A stretch of 64,000 bases of DNA from Oscillospiraceae bacterium (GTDB lineage: Bacteria; Bacillota; Clostridia; Oscillospirales; Acutalibacteraceae). The position numbers and the translations under genes are program-made. Below the pieces are notes generated by a model, which searched no databases, was not told where the DNA came from, and worked only from the letters and a program-made list of their open reading frames with translations. This document shows, in pieces, positions 63,870-64,000 of this stretch. Each line of letters opens with the position of its first letter. Positions within the stretch are counted from its first letter, which is position 1. The DNA lies in the NCBI GenBank assembly GCA_031551875.1, contig JAVBNA010000020.1:2167-66166 (forward strand), in the 5' to 3' direction.

Positions 63870-64000
63870 GTGTACAAAATTCAAACTCTCAATAAAATTT
63901 CCCCGCTGGGGCTTGATAAGCTGGGCGATAACTACACCTGCGGCAACGACATTGAAAATCCCGACGCCGTGCTGGTGCGCAGTGCTTCCATGCACGAAAC
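63870..64000 (+). CDS. serA: D-3-phosphoglycerate dehydrogenase, 5' fragment truncated by the window end
   Basis: Manual translation from the GTG at 63870 gives VYKIQTLNKISPLGLDKLGDNYTCGNDIENPDAVLVRSASMHE, a typical SerA N-terminus. Follows serC. Confidence 0.7.
   Translation, partial: MYKIQTLNKISPLGLDKLGDNYTCGNDIENPDAVLVRSASMHE

Noticed and set aside
1-64000. Search for tRNA/rRNA genes, CRISPR arrays, transposases, integrases, phage genes or known defence-system genes
   Set aside because: No T-arm/acceptor-like tRNA signatures, no regularly spaced direct repeats outside coding regions, and no ORF with recombinase, nuclease-helicase or reverse-transcriptase motifs were seen by eye. A dedicated tool (tRNAscan-SE, CRISPR finders, DefenseFinder) would be needed to exclude them formally.

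Overview
This is a GC-rich, Clostridia-like chromosomal window, probably from an Oscillospiraceae/Ruminococcaceae-type spore former. That inference rests on gene content: yabP, yabQ, a spoVB/yabM-like flippase, hemZ and divIC. It is mostly housekeeping DNA with about 65 protein genes. I found no rRNA, tRNA, CRISPR array, transposase or integrase by eye.

Gene blocks:
- 0.4-31.7 kb, almost all on the minus strand: Rrf2-sigA-dnaG, dGTPase, yigZ, hpf, the conserved yabM-mazG-hup-yabO(rqcP)-yabP-yabQ-divIC-yabR block, purine/MTA salvage, hemZ, dtd-relA-recJ, leuB, rpsF-ssb-rpsR and galU.
- 29.7-47.7 kb: envelope and accessory-type genes. These are two tandem RING-like/zinc-ribbon/DUF2628 membrane paralogs, a GT2-GtrA fusion, an LtaS-like transferase, a NodB deacetylase, rqcH, nif3-trmK, a 951-aa zinc-ribbon/proline-rich/43-aa-repeat protein, and a further zinc-ribbon membrane protein.
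- 47.7-55 kb: a PyrR-attenuated pyrR-pyrC-pyrF-carA-carB operon.
- 55-64 kb: VanW, an atypical PRTase, a five-gene DRTGG/HATPase/[FeFe]-hydrogenase-like/DRTGG/PHP operon, an AT-rich two-gene membrane-protein islet, and serC-serA.

Most interesting observations:
1. A ~150-nt intergenic element occurs twice (10.5 kb and 32.0 kb), in the same orientation relative to the downstream gene. Its central hairpin shows a compensatory base-pair change between the copies.
2. CarA has all three glutaminase triad residues substituted.
3. A stand-alone sensory-type hydrogenase-like signalling operon.
4. The 951-aa protein carries seven exact-period 43-aa (129-bp) repeats.

All calls come from reading the sequence and the ORF translations. 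No database search was run.
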